The notes beneath the pieces were generated by a model. It was not told where the DNA came from and did no database searches. It saw only the letters and a program-made list of their open reading frames with translations. Shown here piece after piece: positions 1 through 11,700 of a stretch of 64,000 nucleotides of DNA (its first letter is position 1; each line of letters starts with the position of its first letter). The DNA is from Azolla caroliniana (Eukaryota > Plantae > Polypodiophyta). Location: positions 12,090,001 through 12,154,000 of the forward strand of contig JBHGNT010000016.1 of the NCBI GenBank assembly GCA_043228905.1. Reading direction: 5' to 3'. The translations under genes were made by a program, and so were the position numbers.

Positions 1-764
1 TTCGACCCCCTCATCTTCCTATTCCTCTACCGCCCGTTTCACGTCGGGTTCACCAAAGATGTCGCGTTGTTACGCGCGTGTGTGGGGAATGAGGTGGGAC
101 CACCGAGGTCTTGGACCGAGAAATATCTGAGAAGGAGGAGAGAGGAAAGGCAACGGACGCACTTGCACACACACAAACACGGAAGCACACAGGAATCACA
201 GTCCAACAACACAACAAAACGAGACGACTCGAAGTCCGAGTATATGAACACGTATGTATATAAATATATAAATATATATATATTGAGACGGTTACAACTA
301 ACAGGTCGGCAAGGCGAACACCGACGCCTATTCACTCACACACAGAAGAGCGAGATGGAGACTCTACCGGAAGCACACGGGCGTTCCACGGAGCAGAGTC
401 AGCCTCCCGAAAGCCTGCGCAAAAATGGCTATGGAGAGTGGCAGAGGAGAAGGGCTCGGTCCCAGTCCCAGTCCAGCAGCACTTCGTCCTCTCTAACGCG
501 CGATACCTTTTCCCATTCCTCTCCCTCTCTTTTATAGCCCAAGGAGGGAGGTTGTTATCATCCGTTACATCATATTAATTCTCTGTCCTTTCGGACAGAG
601 ATACACCTCGATTTGCTCCCTATTGAATGCATGCTACCTAGGATTTCCTCTCAGCCGACTTGTACCTACCTACTTACTATACAACGAAAATTGTGCTCGC
701 GTGTAAGGGTCGGTTTACACACACTAAGCTCGGTTTCCGCCTAGGGACGGTTTTCTGCACGATA
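1..764 (-). mobile_element. Gypsy-type LTR retrotransposon, 5' end (5' LTR ~60-764, PBS 39-55); body lies left of the window
   Basis: PBS at 39-55 reads TGGTGAACCCGACGTGA on the minus strand, identical to the PBS of the Gypsy element at 44907 and with the same 4-nt LTR-PBS spacer. LTR termini on + are TGTCGCG...CACGATA. Copia RNase H sequence resumes at 765. Confidence 0.75.
39..55 (-). promoter_or_regulatory. Primer-binding site complementary to the 3' end of cytosolic tRNA-Trp
   Basis: The + strand reads TCACGTCGGGTTCACCA, the 3' terminus (with CCA) of plant tRNA-Trp(CCA) as recalled. Confidence 0.8.
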
Positions 765-1307
765 GCATGCCGAAAGCGGATCGGGTTGACGAGACATCCC
801 ATGCTGGAGTGAAGGGGGAGATTGTTGGGAAGTCGATCCCTCCAGATGGGATCCGGTTATGAATGAAGAGATCGGGAAACCAGATCGGATGGACCCGGTG
901 GGAACCGGAAGAGAAGACATATTTGTAAATATGTTTTGAGTAAGCCTATTGAGGCTATATTTGTAAGTAGCCCTAAGTTCATATGAGTAAAAATATGACC
1001 CAGGGCAATCACAGGAGTTGTGTGGTTGTCATATTGTTGTATCTGCATAACTGTTGTATAGAGAGAGAGGAGATACAAAGCGACTTTTGTTGTAACCGCC
1101 GGTTGGTGAAGACATAGAGCTCGAGGTCATTGCCTCCGAGTCTCTGATTGTACCTTTCTTATATAGGGATAGTTGGAGTCTGTGGGCTCCCATGCTTTTT
1201 CCTATTTAGGGTTTCCACGTAAGCATCTTGTGTCATCTCTATGTTAGTTTGTTTTCTTCCATTCGTTGTTTAAGTCTCGGTTGTGGCCGAGCGCTATTTT
1301 CTTCACA
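765..1307 (+). mobile_element. Copia family B (Tnt1-like) 3' end: RNase H tail, PPT (~810-820), 3' LTR (~823-1307)
   Basis: Translates ACRKRIGLTRHPMLE*, matching DACRKRIGLVRHPMPE* at 57966. TGAAGGGGGAG PPT is followed by TGTTGGGA. The LTR resembles the solo LTR at 53296 (GTTTCCACGT, CTCGGTTGTGGCCGAGCG). Confidence 0.8.
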
Positions 1308-3841
1308 TATTCATTATACCCATACCGCTTGATGAGATTCTTTTGGCAGGTCGATCGGCATAACTTCTTGTTAGCCGATTTAAGGGCCCTCTTGGATGAC
1401 TCGGACTTCGTCTTTGAAGGTCCATTTTCATTCTATCCGTAGTCAGATTCACTCCAATACGACTTGTCCCTACCAGTGTCATATTCCGAACTTTTCTTCT
1501 TCCCCTACTCTTTGCACGTGAACCATCTCCTCGGTTCCTTGCTCGGCGACAGCACAATCAAGTCTCCACTACTCGACGGGTCATCATCCACTGGTTGTTC
1601 TAACTTAGTCACTTATTCGGCCCGCTCAACCGAAATGAGATCGGACTCTCGTCCAGAGTACCGAACTCTTCTTCCTTTTCTTCTACCCAAATTATGTCGG
1701 GCTCATTGGCCTCATTCTCTGGAGTCGGATGATCGGAGTTGTGAGGGGTTGGAGTCAGTAAAGATTACCATGATGCCGACTCATCGAAATCGACATCTCG
1801 GGTCACTAAAACTTGTGAGTAGCCAACCAATATGCATTTCTCCGACTTTGGGTCGAACTTCCTCCTTTCTCATCGGGCACATGCACATAGGCAATGTTGT
1901 CAAATATCTTCAAGTGTCATAAGTTCGTCTTCCATCTGAAATACAACTCGTGTGCCCACACCTTCTCACCAATCCGATTTTGGATGTAGACGGTTGTCCG
2001 GACCGCTTCGGCCCAGTAGAACTTGGGCATGCTCTTCTCCTCCAGCATCGCCCTTTCCACCTCCACAACTGACCGAGCCTTCCACTTGGCAATCTTGTTG
2101 AATATCTTCAAGTGTCGTAAGTTCGACTTCCGTCTGAAATACAACTAGTGTGCCCACACCTTCTCACCGATCCGATTTTGGATGTAGACGGTCATCCGAA
2201 CCGCTTCGGCCTAGTAGAACTTGGCCATGCTCTTCTCCTCCAGCATCGCCCTTGTAGCCTCAACAATTGACCGATCCTTCCGCTCAGCTACTCCGTTTTT
2301 CCAGATACGAGAACCACTTTTCGTGGCTCCTCGTATAGTTCAACGCTCCGGAGTCGACGTACAACACTTCCTTCGATTCGGAAGTGGTCTTCTTCATCGA
2401 GTTTGCCTTGTGCTTCATCACAAAGGCTAGCCCTTTTTCAATTTTTCAGATTCCGGATCCTTCCAATTCTTCTACATAGTGCAAGCTCTACCGATTCCCT
2501 TGTCCGACATTGCCAGATCCGGATTTATCCAAATCAGCGCGCTTTTCCCAACATTCACTTTCTCGGTGGAATTTCTTGCCACAGTACCAACATTCCGTAT
2601 CAGTTTTCAATTGCCAATTTTCGGCGCCACCTTGACTGCCCCCGCTCGTGGAGGGTCCGGAACTATTGTGGCACTATCTCTCTGCCTCTAATTACGCTCT
2701 TGTCGACCGCCACTATTACGTGCTGATCCACCTCCTCCTCCATGCCCACAGGGCCGATCCGCCTCCGTGTACAACATCCAATTTTCTAATTGAGTGGTCC
2801 TTGACCCACTCGTGCGGTTTTCTTTGACCATCAGCATCAATTGCAAGTCAAAGAAGGACGATGGCTTCTCCCAAGTGCAAATTGCGATCTGGATAGGCCC
2901 GTACCTTTGCGCTAAACCACTAAGGCAGATCTAGACCATCTCATCTTCGTCCATTGTCATGTTGATGGACCTCAGCACGTCACAGATCTCCTTTATTTTG
3001 GTGGTGTAGTCGGTAACCAACATATCCTGTTGTTGGATGTTGTTGAGCTCTTGTCAGAGCTGCAACTTCCAGGCCATGATGCTTGCCATGAAAATATTCT
3101 TCAGATTTTCCCAGGCTTCTTTCGGTGCTTTTGCATCCTTGATGTAGCCGAGCATCTGGTCGTGCACACAGGACGTGAGGAAGTATAATACTCTGCTCGC
3201 TCCTTGCTCCCATGCCGAGGAGTCCCTCAACATAGCTCCAGTATCCGTGTCCAAGCAGGTATTGGTGCATCTTGTATGACCAAGATCCATAGTTATTCCT
3301 GTCCAGCTTCTCTGTTGGTAAGGAGCTATTCATGCCTCTATCCATTCTTTCTTCGTCCTATTCTTTTCCGGAAGTTAGGTTTTCTTGTCTACTTAGCGCT
3401 TTCTATCGACAACAGAGGATTTTCAACCCTCGCGCTCTAATACCATGAAAAGAGTTACATGTAAAAGTTCATAGACAAAACCGACTTCAGCGGATATCAA
3501 AAGAAAATATGTGCAAGTTTAATGGAAGCTATATGAATACATAGGGAGAGCGGAAGAGACAGAGATCAGAACATCATAAAACTAAATTCAAAATATCACT
3601 CTATACATACAATGTGCTCAATGAGCACTTTTATACAAGTCCTTAAAGGACTAACAGAAGTATTGACATGTACTTCAACGCTCGTACTGAGCAACTTACA
3701 CTGACTCCTAAAAATATCCCTACGTACTAGGCTAGGATTGTAGACCTCTAACGGCCTACCAATTACACTCAAATCCAAACACCGATCTGTCCCTCCGTTC
3801 CGGACACCGATCTGGATGATGTTGAGCTTTCTCGCTCAACA
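1308..3841 (-). mobile_element. Copia family A element A0, internally deleted remnant (5' LTR 3446-3841, PBS 3434-3445, gag and integrase fragments)
   Basis: gag MDRGMNSSLPTEKLDRNNYGSWSYKMHQYLLGHGYWSY, integrase EEKSMPKFYWAEAVRT, degenerate tRNA-iMet PBS TGGTATTAGAGC, LTR start TGTTGAGCGAGAAAGCTCAACA. A ~198-bp internal tandem duplication lies at ~1890-2280. Confidence 0.85.
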
Positions 3842-4158
3842 AATAGAAGTCTCCAGTTCAAGTTCGGGTTTGGACAAGAAAAGATGCTACATAGTATGAG
3901 TAGAATAATTGGTATCCGTCTTTATAGAAATACAATATATTTAGGGGAACTAAGTGGAACTCATGCATCTACCTTAAGCCAAGAAAATCGATGTCTTCAT
4001 TTCTTGGGTCAATTAGTGCTATATCTAGAGACTTGTTTGAGCTAAATGCCACTACCACATGGGATACATTGAAACTCGTGATGCCCATGTAGTTGTGACA
4101 TGGCTTCAGTCAAAGTAACAAATTCATTTGAAACCATGAAATTGATTTTCACTATTTG

Positions 4159-4232
4159 GTCCACATATTGTAGTTGGTTATCACGTTGGTCTTACACATT
4201 AGAGATCTCCAGTTTGAGTCCGGGTTTGGACA
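4159..4232 (+). pseudogene. tRNA-Val pseudogene, anticodon TAC
   Basis: 74 nt, GTCCACA...GTAGTTGGTTATCACG...CT-TAC-AC...TTTGAGTCCGGGTTTGGACA; B box mutated. Confidence 0.7.
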
Positions 4233-4391
4233 AATAAAGTGGCTAGTTACAACAAGGAACATGTTTTGAACTATGCTTTTGCAAAGAAATGATATCTTGA
4301 AATTAGGCTAAGAAGACAACTTTGTTCAATGGATCCTAGCTTGTTATTGCACCATGATCCATTTAGATACACAAATATATATCGTTCATAT

Positions 4392-4465
4392 GTTTAGATG
4401 GTGCACTTGATTTTCATGCTACTCTAACACATTAGAGGTCTCCGGTTTCAGTCTACATTTGGACA
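4392..4465 (+). pseudogene. tRNA-Val pseudogene, anticodon AAC, heavily decayed
   Basis: 74 nt, aligns with the other copies (CTAACACATTAGAGGTCTCCGGTT...TTGGACA); A box decayed. Confidence 0.6.
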
Positions 4466-4794
4466 AGAGAAGTGATACTTTGACTGTCCAGAATCATTGC
4501 TATTGTTCTTTGCACCGTTGACATATTGTAATTATGTAGACAATAGTCAAATATTTAGTTAAGCTAAGCGCAAGCCATAGACATATCTTAAGGAAAGAAA
4601 AAAGATGTCTTCATTCCTTGATTCCATTCATGTTATCTTTTTCAATCTAAATGGTATGTAGTCACAAAGACTTCTATAAGATATATCCCACTACCGCTTG
4701 GCAAACTTAGAAAGTAGTTATGTCCATGTCATTGTGACATGCCAATGGCTTGGTGCAATTCACAAATTCATCTCAATATATACAATTTATGACA

Positions 4795-4864
4795 ATGGGT
4801 CACACCGTTGGTTATCACGCTAGTCTCACACTGTAGAGGTCTTTGGTTCGAGTCTAATTTGGAA
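4795..4864 (+). pseudogene. tRNA-Val pseudogene, anticodon CAC
   Basis: GTTGGTTATCACGCTAGTCT-CAC-AC...AGAGGTCTTTGGTTCGAGTC; B box nearly intact, acceptor stem broken. Confidence 0.6.
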
Positions 4865-4928
4865 TTTTTGTTGAGAATATTGTTTTATTCCTCGATCCAA
4901 GCTAATTAATGAATCATATCAGTGATAT

Positions 4929-5002
4929 GTCCAGATCGTGTAGTTGGTTATCATGTTAGTCTAACACACTAGAGGTCTCTAGTCCAGGTTTGGGTTTAGA
5001 CA
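4929..5002 (+). pseudogene. tRNA-Val pseudogene, anticodon AAC
   Basis: GTCCAGATCGTGTAGTTGGTTATCATGTTAGTCT-AAC-ACACTAGAGGTC...TTTAGACA. D and anticodon arms are close to plant tRNA-Val; the T loop is degenerate. Confidence 0.7.
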
Positions 5003-5757
5003 AGAAAAGATGCTATTTAGAATGAGTAGAAGAATTGGTGTCTATCTTTGTCTTTATAGAAGTACAATATATTTAGTGGAGCTCATGCATGTACCTTAAG
5101 CCAAGAAAATCGACGTCTTCATTTCTTGCGTCAATTAGTGCTATCTGTTTCAATCTAGAGACTTGTTTCAGCTAAATGCTACTACCATTATAGAATACTA
5201 TGGTACAATCTTACCACGAGATATTATATGGTCATGCCCGTAACAATTTGACGAGCTTTTCCAACAAGTTCTTCGGCGAGCGTAAGCCCTAAAGTTTCTT
5301 TATCCAATTGTCTCCCTAGTCCAAGACCCCTTGTGGTTCCACTCGAGTAGCACACGCACTAGCATCGCCGCGACAACATCCCATTGACTTCGGTGAGCTT
5401 GCAAATATTTTGTCGATTATTTATGCGTCCATGCAACACGCAAGAGGATGTTGTAAGCCGAATGCAAGGGAGCACGACTAACGCAACTACACGCCACAAA
5501 GGAATGTACTCCACCAAGCACGCACATGACAACCGAAAAAAGAAAGAAAGAGACAACGAGCATGAGAGAGACAGAGAGGAGCACACAAGGAGCCACCCAC
5601 CCATGCATAGAGAAGAATGCTTTATCCTTCTCCTTCTCCGTCATTATGTTTGTCTTTTGTCACCACAGGAATGTAGATGCTCGCGTATAGCTAAACCACA
5701 CAACAAACCAAGCAAGCAGCAGTGATGGAGTGAGTAACGATGGCGATGGCAACCAGC

Positions 5758-5780
5758 AGAGAGAGAGAGAGAGAGAGAGA
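5758..5780. repeat. (GA)n microsatellite at the LINE 3' flank (partner tract 7302-7319)
   Basis: Direct observation. Confidence 0.9.
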
Positions 5781-7301
5781 TTAGATTATCATCTTCGGAG
5801 GTCAAATATGATAAATGAGACCAAAAAACTTACATTTCACGAGTTGCGTGTGAAAGTGAGTAGTGATTCTCAATGTTCAAGAACTTTACCAATGAATGTT
5901 GCAATCGAGAGTGCACATTGTGGCTGTGAGAGAAATTCATGCAAGGATTGGGCTTGGTTGAAGATGTGTGGAAAGCATGGTCGAATATGATCAACGGTAG
6001 AGCATCAAGTATCAAAATGTGATACTCAAACTCTCGAACTTGTTTAGGGCAAAGTGTGCATAGCCGATGACTCTCATCACTTGTGCCCCAACGCCCCATC
6101 TCACATCGCAATGTATGTGAGCTAAGTCGCATGGAAACAATGGTTCGAATAGAAGCCAACAAAATGGGCTCTAACATGTATCGATGTGTATGGTTTCCTC
6201 GTTCCGCGAAGAATATGCTTTTCTAGTTAGGTGCAACATGTGTAGTATAATGTATGAAGCGTAAGCCTCCACATTTTTCCCATGGCATGATACATTGGAA
6301 GGCCTCATTTACAAAGGAATCTAGTGATTCATCATGAAGCAAATGTGTTGCATCCCATCTATTGAACCAATTTTTCATATTTTGCATCCAACCGAAACAC
6401 GAAATTTTGCTTTTATTTGTCTTTTTTATCTTTTTGCTTGCTTCCCATGCGATTGTAGGAAATCGATGTGAGGGACTTTTTTGAACCTTAAGCATGTATT
6501 CAACACCCCTTTCCATGGCCATGATCTCAATGGGAAGTGATCCCGTCTCAAGGAGGAGGATGTATGGCATTTGTTTCCTAACTTGTAGAAACTTTGTAAG
6601 AAAATGTTTTCGGATATTTTCAAACTCTTTCCAAGTAGATTTAGAGATGTTACCACCCCATACTTCCATCCCATAGAGAAGCGCTAGCGCTGCCAAAGTG
6701 TCAAAAAGCTATTTCTTGAGGACCCTACACTTAATATCTCCACGATTGCATGTGTTCTCAAATGCATAATATGCTTGCTTTCCCGCCTCTAAACGGTGTG
6801 TAACACATTCATTCCATCTACGATTTGAAGGAACTTCAAGGCCAAGATATTTGAAGCTTTCCACACATTCAAGTTGCTCATTATTATACATAATGCATGG
6901 CTTATCTCTTTTTTGGCTCTTCACAAGCATAGTCTTTGTTTTAGAGCTATAACACTTAAATTCGTATGCATGCAAAAATTTTCCAATGCCTTCATAAGCT
7001 TTTGCGCATCTCCTAAAGTATTTGCCAAAAACACTACATCATCCGCATATAGCAAAAGCATAATGACAACATTCCCAATTGCAACTTCTTCAACGCCTTC
7101 TCCCTTTACAAACTTGGCAACCATTTCTTCCAATTTATCAATGCATAGACCAAATGGAGTTGGTGAGAGTGGGCATCCTTGCTTCACACCAATAGTGCTA
7201 TCCAGAAAATTTGAAAGTTTATCGTTCATACACATACAATATATAACCTTCTCATAGGAGATTGCAAGGATATATTCACTTAGCACCTTGAGTTCTTCCA
7301 T
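5781..7301 (-). mobile_element. 5'-truncated non-LTR retrotransposon (LINE, RTE-X-like), RT C-terminal half plus C-terminal Cys/His motif
   Basis: GVKQGCPLSP, LLYADDVV, FKYLGL and LRCEMGRW...RLCTLC...EFEYH in frameshifted ORFs 5830-7328; flanked by (GA)n on both sides. Clade assignment is from motif resemblance only. Confidence 0.85.
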
Positions 7302-8732
7302 GAGAGAGAGAGAGAGAGAACTCAACACCTACGCACGGAGGAGGAAGCCGCAACCATGCAAGGAGGAGAAGGCACTACAACAAAGAGCACATGCAGCAAA
7401 AGAATGTTATGTGCAAGTAGGGAACAGAGAACTTTGAAGAGCACACATCAATAGAGGAACACACACACGTGCGCAATTAAGCGACGCACGCAACCACGCA
7501 ACACAATTATTTCCAGTATTTCAAAAATGTGGAGTTTATTTTTTGGAAAAAAAATAATAATAATTTGGAGTTTACAAGTATATTTATACATATATGATAC
7601 ATTTTAGGGTTAACTTAACCCTTTTAGGGGGGAGGGTGTAAAGGAGAAGAAGCACGAAAATTCAAGTTTATGTTAGGTGCAAGCTTTGGTCTAAGACATA
7701 ATTGAAAGTACATGTCAAGAGATACAACACAAATAAAGAAATAAAGATAGCTAAGAAATACATAAACGATAAGATTATAGATTCAAACCTAACTAGGTTT
7801 GATGAAAGAAATATGTAAAGTTAGAATGCAAAAGTGATAGCAATGAAGTGGATATAGAAAGCATTATTTCATGTTTGATAATAGACATGGGTTGAAAGGG
7901 TTTATGACAACAAAAGGCGATGTGGCCATAAGTTGATACCAACTTTAATGAAACTCACAATCTTCTCCATATATTCTTTTGAATTTGTCCTCTCGTCATC
8001 TTCACATTAAAACCTATCAAACTTCTCAAAATACCCATGGGCCATCTCCATCACACTTCCACCGAATATCCCTCTCTCAAACACATGTTAGAGGACCCTC
8101 TTCAATGAGGGTTCTAGAGCTCTCTTTCTAAATATATGGGTGCATTTCCTAGAGTGTGGTGGCACACATTTTCCACACAATGCTTAGTGACCTTAATAGT
8201 CAAGAAAATGTTTTTAAGTAGATAACTATATTCCTAAATGATTGAATAAAAATAATAACACAACATAAGATTTAACCCTTGCAAATGCAGATTTTTTACA
8301 CAACTCATGCCCATCATGCCCATGAGCTTGACTTTACACCCAAAAAATTGTCTCTTTTTGAGCATGGCTTTACACCTACAATTTAACAGTTATGAAGAAA
8401 CGAACAATCTGTCCATATTCCAAGGAAAAGCTTTTTAATCATTGGCAAGCTATTTCAAAATTCATATCATACATTCAAATCCTCTTCTTATTCGAGTGCC
8501 ATGCAAGTTCTCTGTTAGGTGACATTTGCATGCATTTATACAGACTAAACGTAGCGCCCACCCGAGGTAAGTTGATGTATGGTATCAAAGTGTTAGGCAA
8601 AGTGTCATATACCTAAAATCCGTAGGTACTTTAATGGACTTGCGTGAATGTCTGTAAACTTTTCCAAACCATAACGGATAAGCTTTTCTCGAGTGGCAAT
8701 TAGGTCAAATGATTAAGAATGTAGTACAAATG

Positions 8733-11700
8733 CTAGGATTTGTTGTGTGCATGTGACAATGGACCTCTGAAAAAATCGGTAATGGTTGATTTCTTTGCCA
8801 GACGAGGTCGTTTCAATCCCAAGGCAATACACAGCTCTTGCTGAATCTCTTCAGGGAGCTCAGAGAGCACCCTTGCATCTATCCCCCCTTTCCTGTAGCT
8901 CCACAACATCTCATTGAAGGGATCTGAGCTGATACCTGAAGAAATGGTTTCCTGAGTATTCCACAAATCTTTGAGCCTTGAGAATCCCATCATCTCTTTC
9001 TGTTGTCGTAAATGAGATCTTTTTGCCTTTGGAAAAGATGAGTTTTCCCTTTCCACATTTTCTGCTCCAGGGAAATGATGTGTCTTTTTCTGTTGAGCAT
9101 CATAAATATCATTATGAATACCTGAGGTACAAATATCTCCCATCGAATGGTGTATGGGAGATACATGACAATTTTTCTTCTCGTTTGATGTATCCATTTC
9201 ATCAGATAACCTTCGAATCGATTGGGACTCTCTCTGCCTAGCATTTCCAGAGAGGTTGTCTACTCCAGAATCAGCTTCATTTTTGTTTTCTTCTACAACG
9301 AGTTCACGTTCATCAATATGAGAGACTTCTGGTGATGAACGCTGGACAATGGTAGGAAATTGTATTTTGTTAGTTGGATCCATTTTGTCTGTGACTGAAA
9401 TGTTTGTTGGACTAGGTGGAAGCTGGAGTTCATGGTGTCTAGCATTTGAAAAATCGTAGGTAGCAGAAGTCTGGTCTCTTATTGTTTCAACAATATCATC
9501 AGTGGACATTTTTTCTTTCATATTCCTAATTTGTCCATCACTCTGTTCCCTCTGACATGTATCGATGCCTGCATACAATGAAAAATATGTGAAAAGATAA
9601 TTTACTACCCTATTATATAACAGAAGAAGAGAGCCAAGAGACTCTTATCATAGAATCAGAACTATCTTCATCACTAGACAAGATATCATATAGTTCAACA
9701 GTAGCTCCAGTTGAGGATTTTGTCAAGTTTGTCCTTATATTGTGCTGGAAATTTTGAGCGATGTTTTTAATTCATCTAAGTCAGGATCATTAGCAGGTTG
9801 CAAACCTTTACCCCTGGTTTCATAATCAGGAGCAGGGATTCCACAATGCTGCACGAAACTGAACAAATTCGAAGATGGTGGAGAAGAGGGATCCGAGTAA
9901 CTTAATGGTGAAACAGCAGAGGAGAAAAAGCGTGTTATAGGATTCATAACCTATCAAAATTAAACACAGTTTTAATATCTGAAGCATACTTCAGACAACT
10001 GGATTCAATATAACTTACAGATGGTGCTGCCGAAATGTTAGATGCTCCAATAAATAATGCAGTGATGACCCAAGCACCAGACATATTGCTACTTATTTCT
10101 TGGGTGAAGGCGGTGGAAGGCACCACATATGCATTCAATGCACGTTCAAAAAGCTTGAACGCATCTTCAGCCAATTTCTCCTTCCCATAGCGCAATACGC
10201 ATGATCTTGAAGGAAATTTCCTATCAGAGTTTACCTTAATCACCAAAAAAATAAGATATCCTGACTCTCCATGGTTTCATACTATTATACATGCACACAA
10301 GCACTGCAATATACACATGTGATAATATTATTGATTTCTTGTTATGGTAAGTACCGCATCAAGGATTGATCTTTGTTGCTGAATTCTGTTGCTCTATGAG
10401 CACTATCCTAGAATGTTCTCATTCCCACATGCTTGAAAAAGATGTATACTACAAGAAATCTGACTATGAGAACAAATGTATCTGTCCACAGTAGATCCTG
10501 ATGTAATTTTGGATGTGACATGTAGTAAATGGGACAGAAAATATTGCTTTCCTGCTGAATGTGTTGCTCATACCTCCTCTTCAATGACATTGCAAATATG
10601 CTAGGACTATCAGCGTCTCTAAGTTGCTAAACTTTCTCAAGCTGCCTCCATAAAATCACATATTATGACAGATGGAGTATGAGGACGCCCTTTAGGGCAA
10701 GAAGACCACATCTAAGAGACTCTGGTGAGGCACCTCAGATTATACGGTATCTCCCCAAAAGAAAGTTCCAGAAAATAAACCCTATGACAGTATATGAGAA
10801 GCAGTAGCATGGGGATTCTCTTTAGGTATCACACATTTGTTATTATTTCATCTTCGCAACGATTAACTCTTGAGCCGTATGGCACTGGTGATGTGAGTAT
10901 GATAGTATGACGTGGAAGACAAATCAAGGTCAGCAATTCACCGATCATCACAATTTCCCATGACCTAAAACAAGCTAGGAGAGAACTTTGAAGGGAGTAA
11001 TGCCTCCATGAAGTAAAGGGTTGTCAAGCTGAATTCCCCTAACTAGCCTACCTCTATATCTATTGCCGAAGTCAACAAGATCTAGTAGCCACAGAACCTC
11101 GGAAACCATGGGTGGACATTACATGGGTCCCCATCCCTTCGTAAGTCAACCTGGCATACAAGGGATCAAGGACACATGGATAGGGTGTTGGCCATCCAGT
11201 AGGTGGTGTGTACACAGATTGTTGGTTGATTGACCAATTTATATGACTTTAAAGCCAAACAGCCAGAGGCGACCTGCCAAACAACTATAAATATCCGCCA
11301 ATGTAATAGAGGATATATAATTTTGTATAGGGCACTATCTTGTATAAATTATCAACTGTAATACACTAAACAAAGCAGATTTTCTGTTCGGTTCTATTCT
11401 GCTGTACCATTTTTCTTCTTTGTCTAATTTAGTGTGTAGAGTTTCAAGTGGCAAATTGCCATTTGTGATCTAAACAATTGGATGTAATGTGTAAATACAC
11501 TCAGTGTGGATCTTCATAGGTGATAAGGTAATATGTCTGATACACTTGTAGTTGGTTCCCCTACCACATAGGACTTGGAGTAATCCAACTCAACGTATGT
11601 TGAGACCATCAAGGAAGGCTGAGATAAGAGGCCTGAGTTGTCTACCAAATCAGACATCGTTCAGGAGGAAAAACCCCTGCACATTCAATTCCACTATCAA

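Larger units (their letters stand above)
3842..5190 (+). repeat. Degenerate tandem array of tRNA-Val-derived units with homologous spacers
   Basis: Five tRNA-Val-like segments: 3842-3876 (partial), 4159-4232, 4392-4465, ~4795-4864, 4929-5002. Spacers after copies 1, 3 and 5 are homologous (CTTAAGnnAAGAAAA...GTCTTCATT...ACTACC). Confidence 0.8.

Noticed and set aside
39-537. ORFs of 98 and 156 aa
   Set aside because: They lie inside a Gypsy LTR, are low-complexity and show no recognisable motif.
4159-5002. Functional tRNA-Val genes or a CRISPR-like array
   Set aside because: Each copy has broken stems or A/B boxes; spacers are long and homologous; the context is eukaryotic with no cas genes.
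7603-7629. Palindrome AGGGTTAA-C-TTAACCCT with two TTTAGGG motifs
   Set aside because: Too short, and no Helitron CTRR end, TIR partner or telomeric array could be found.
8733-9578. Stand-alone 281-aa gene
   Set aside because: It is the last POLH exon: acceptor at 9569, with UBM and PIP motifs.
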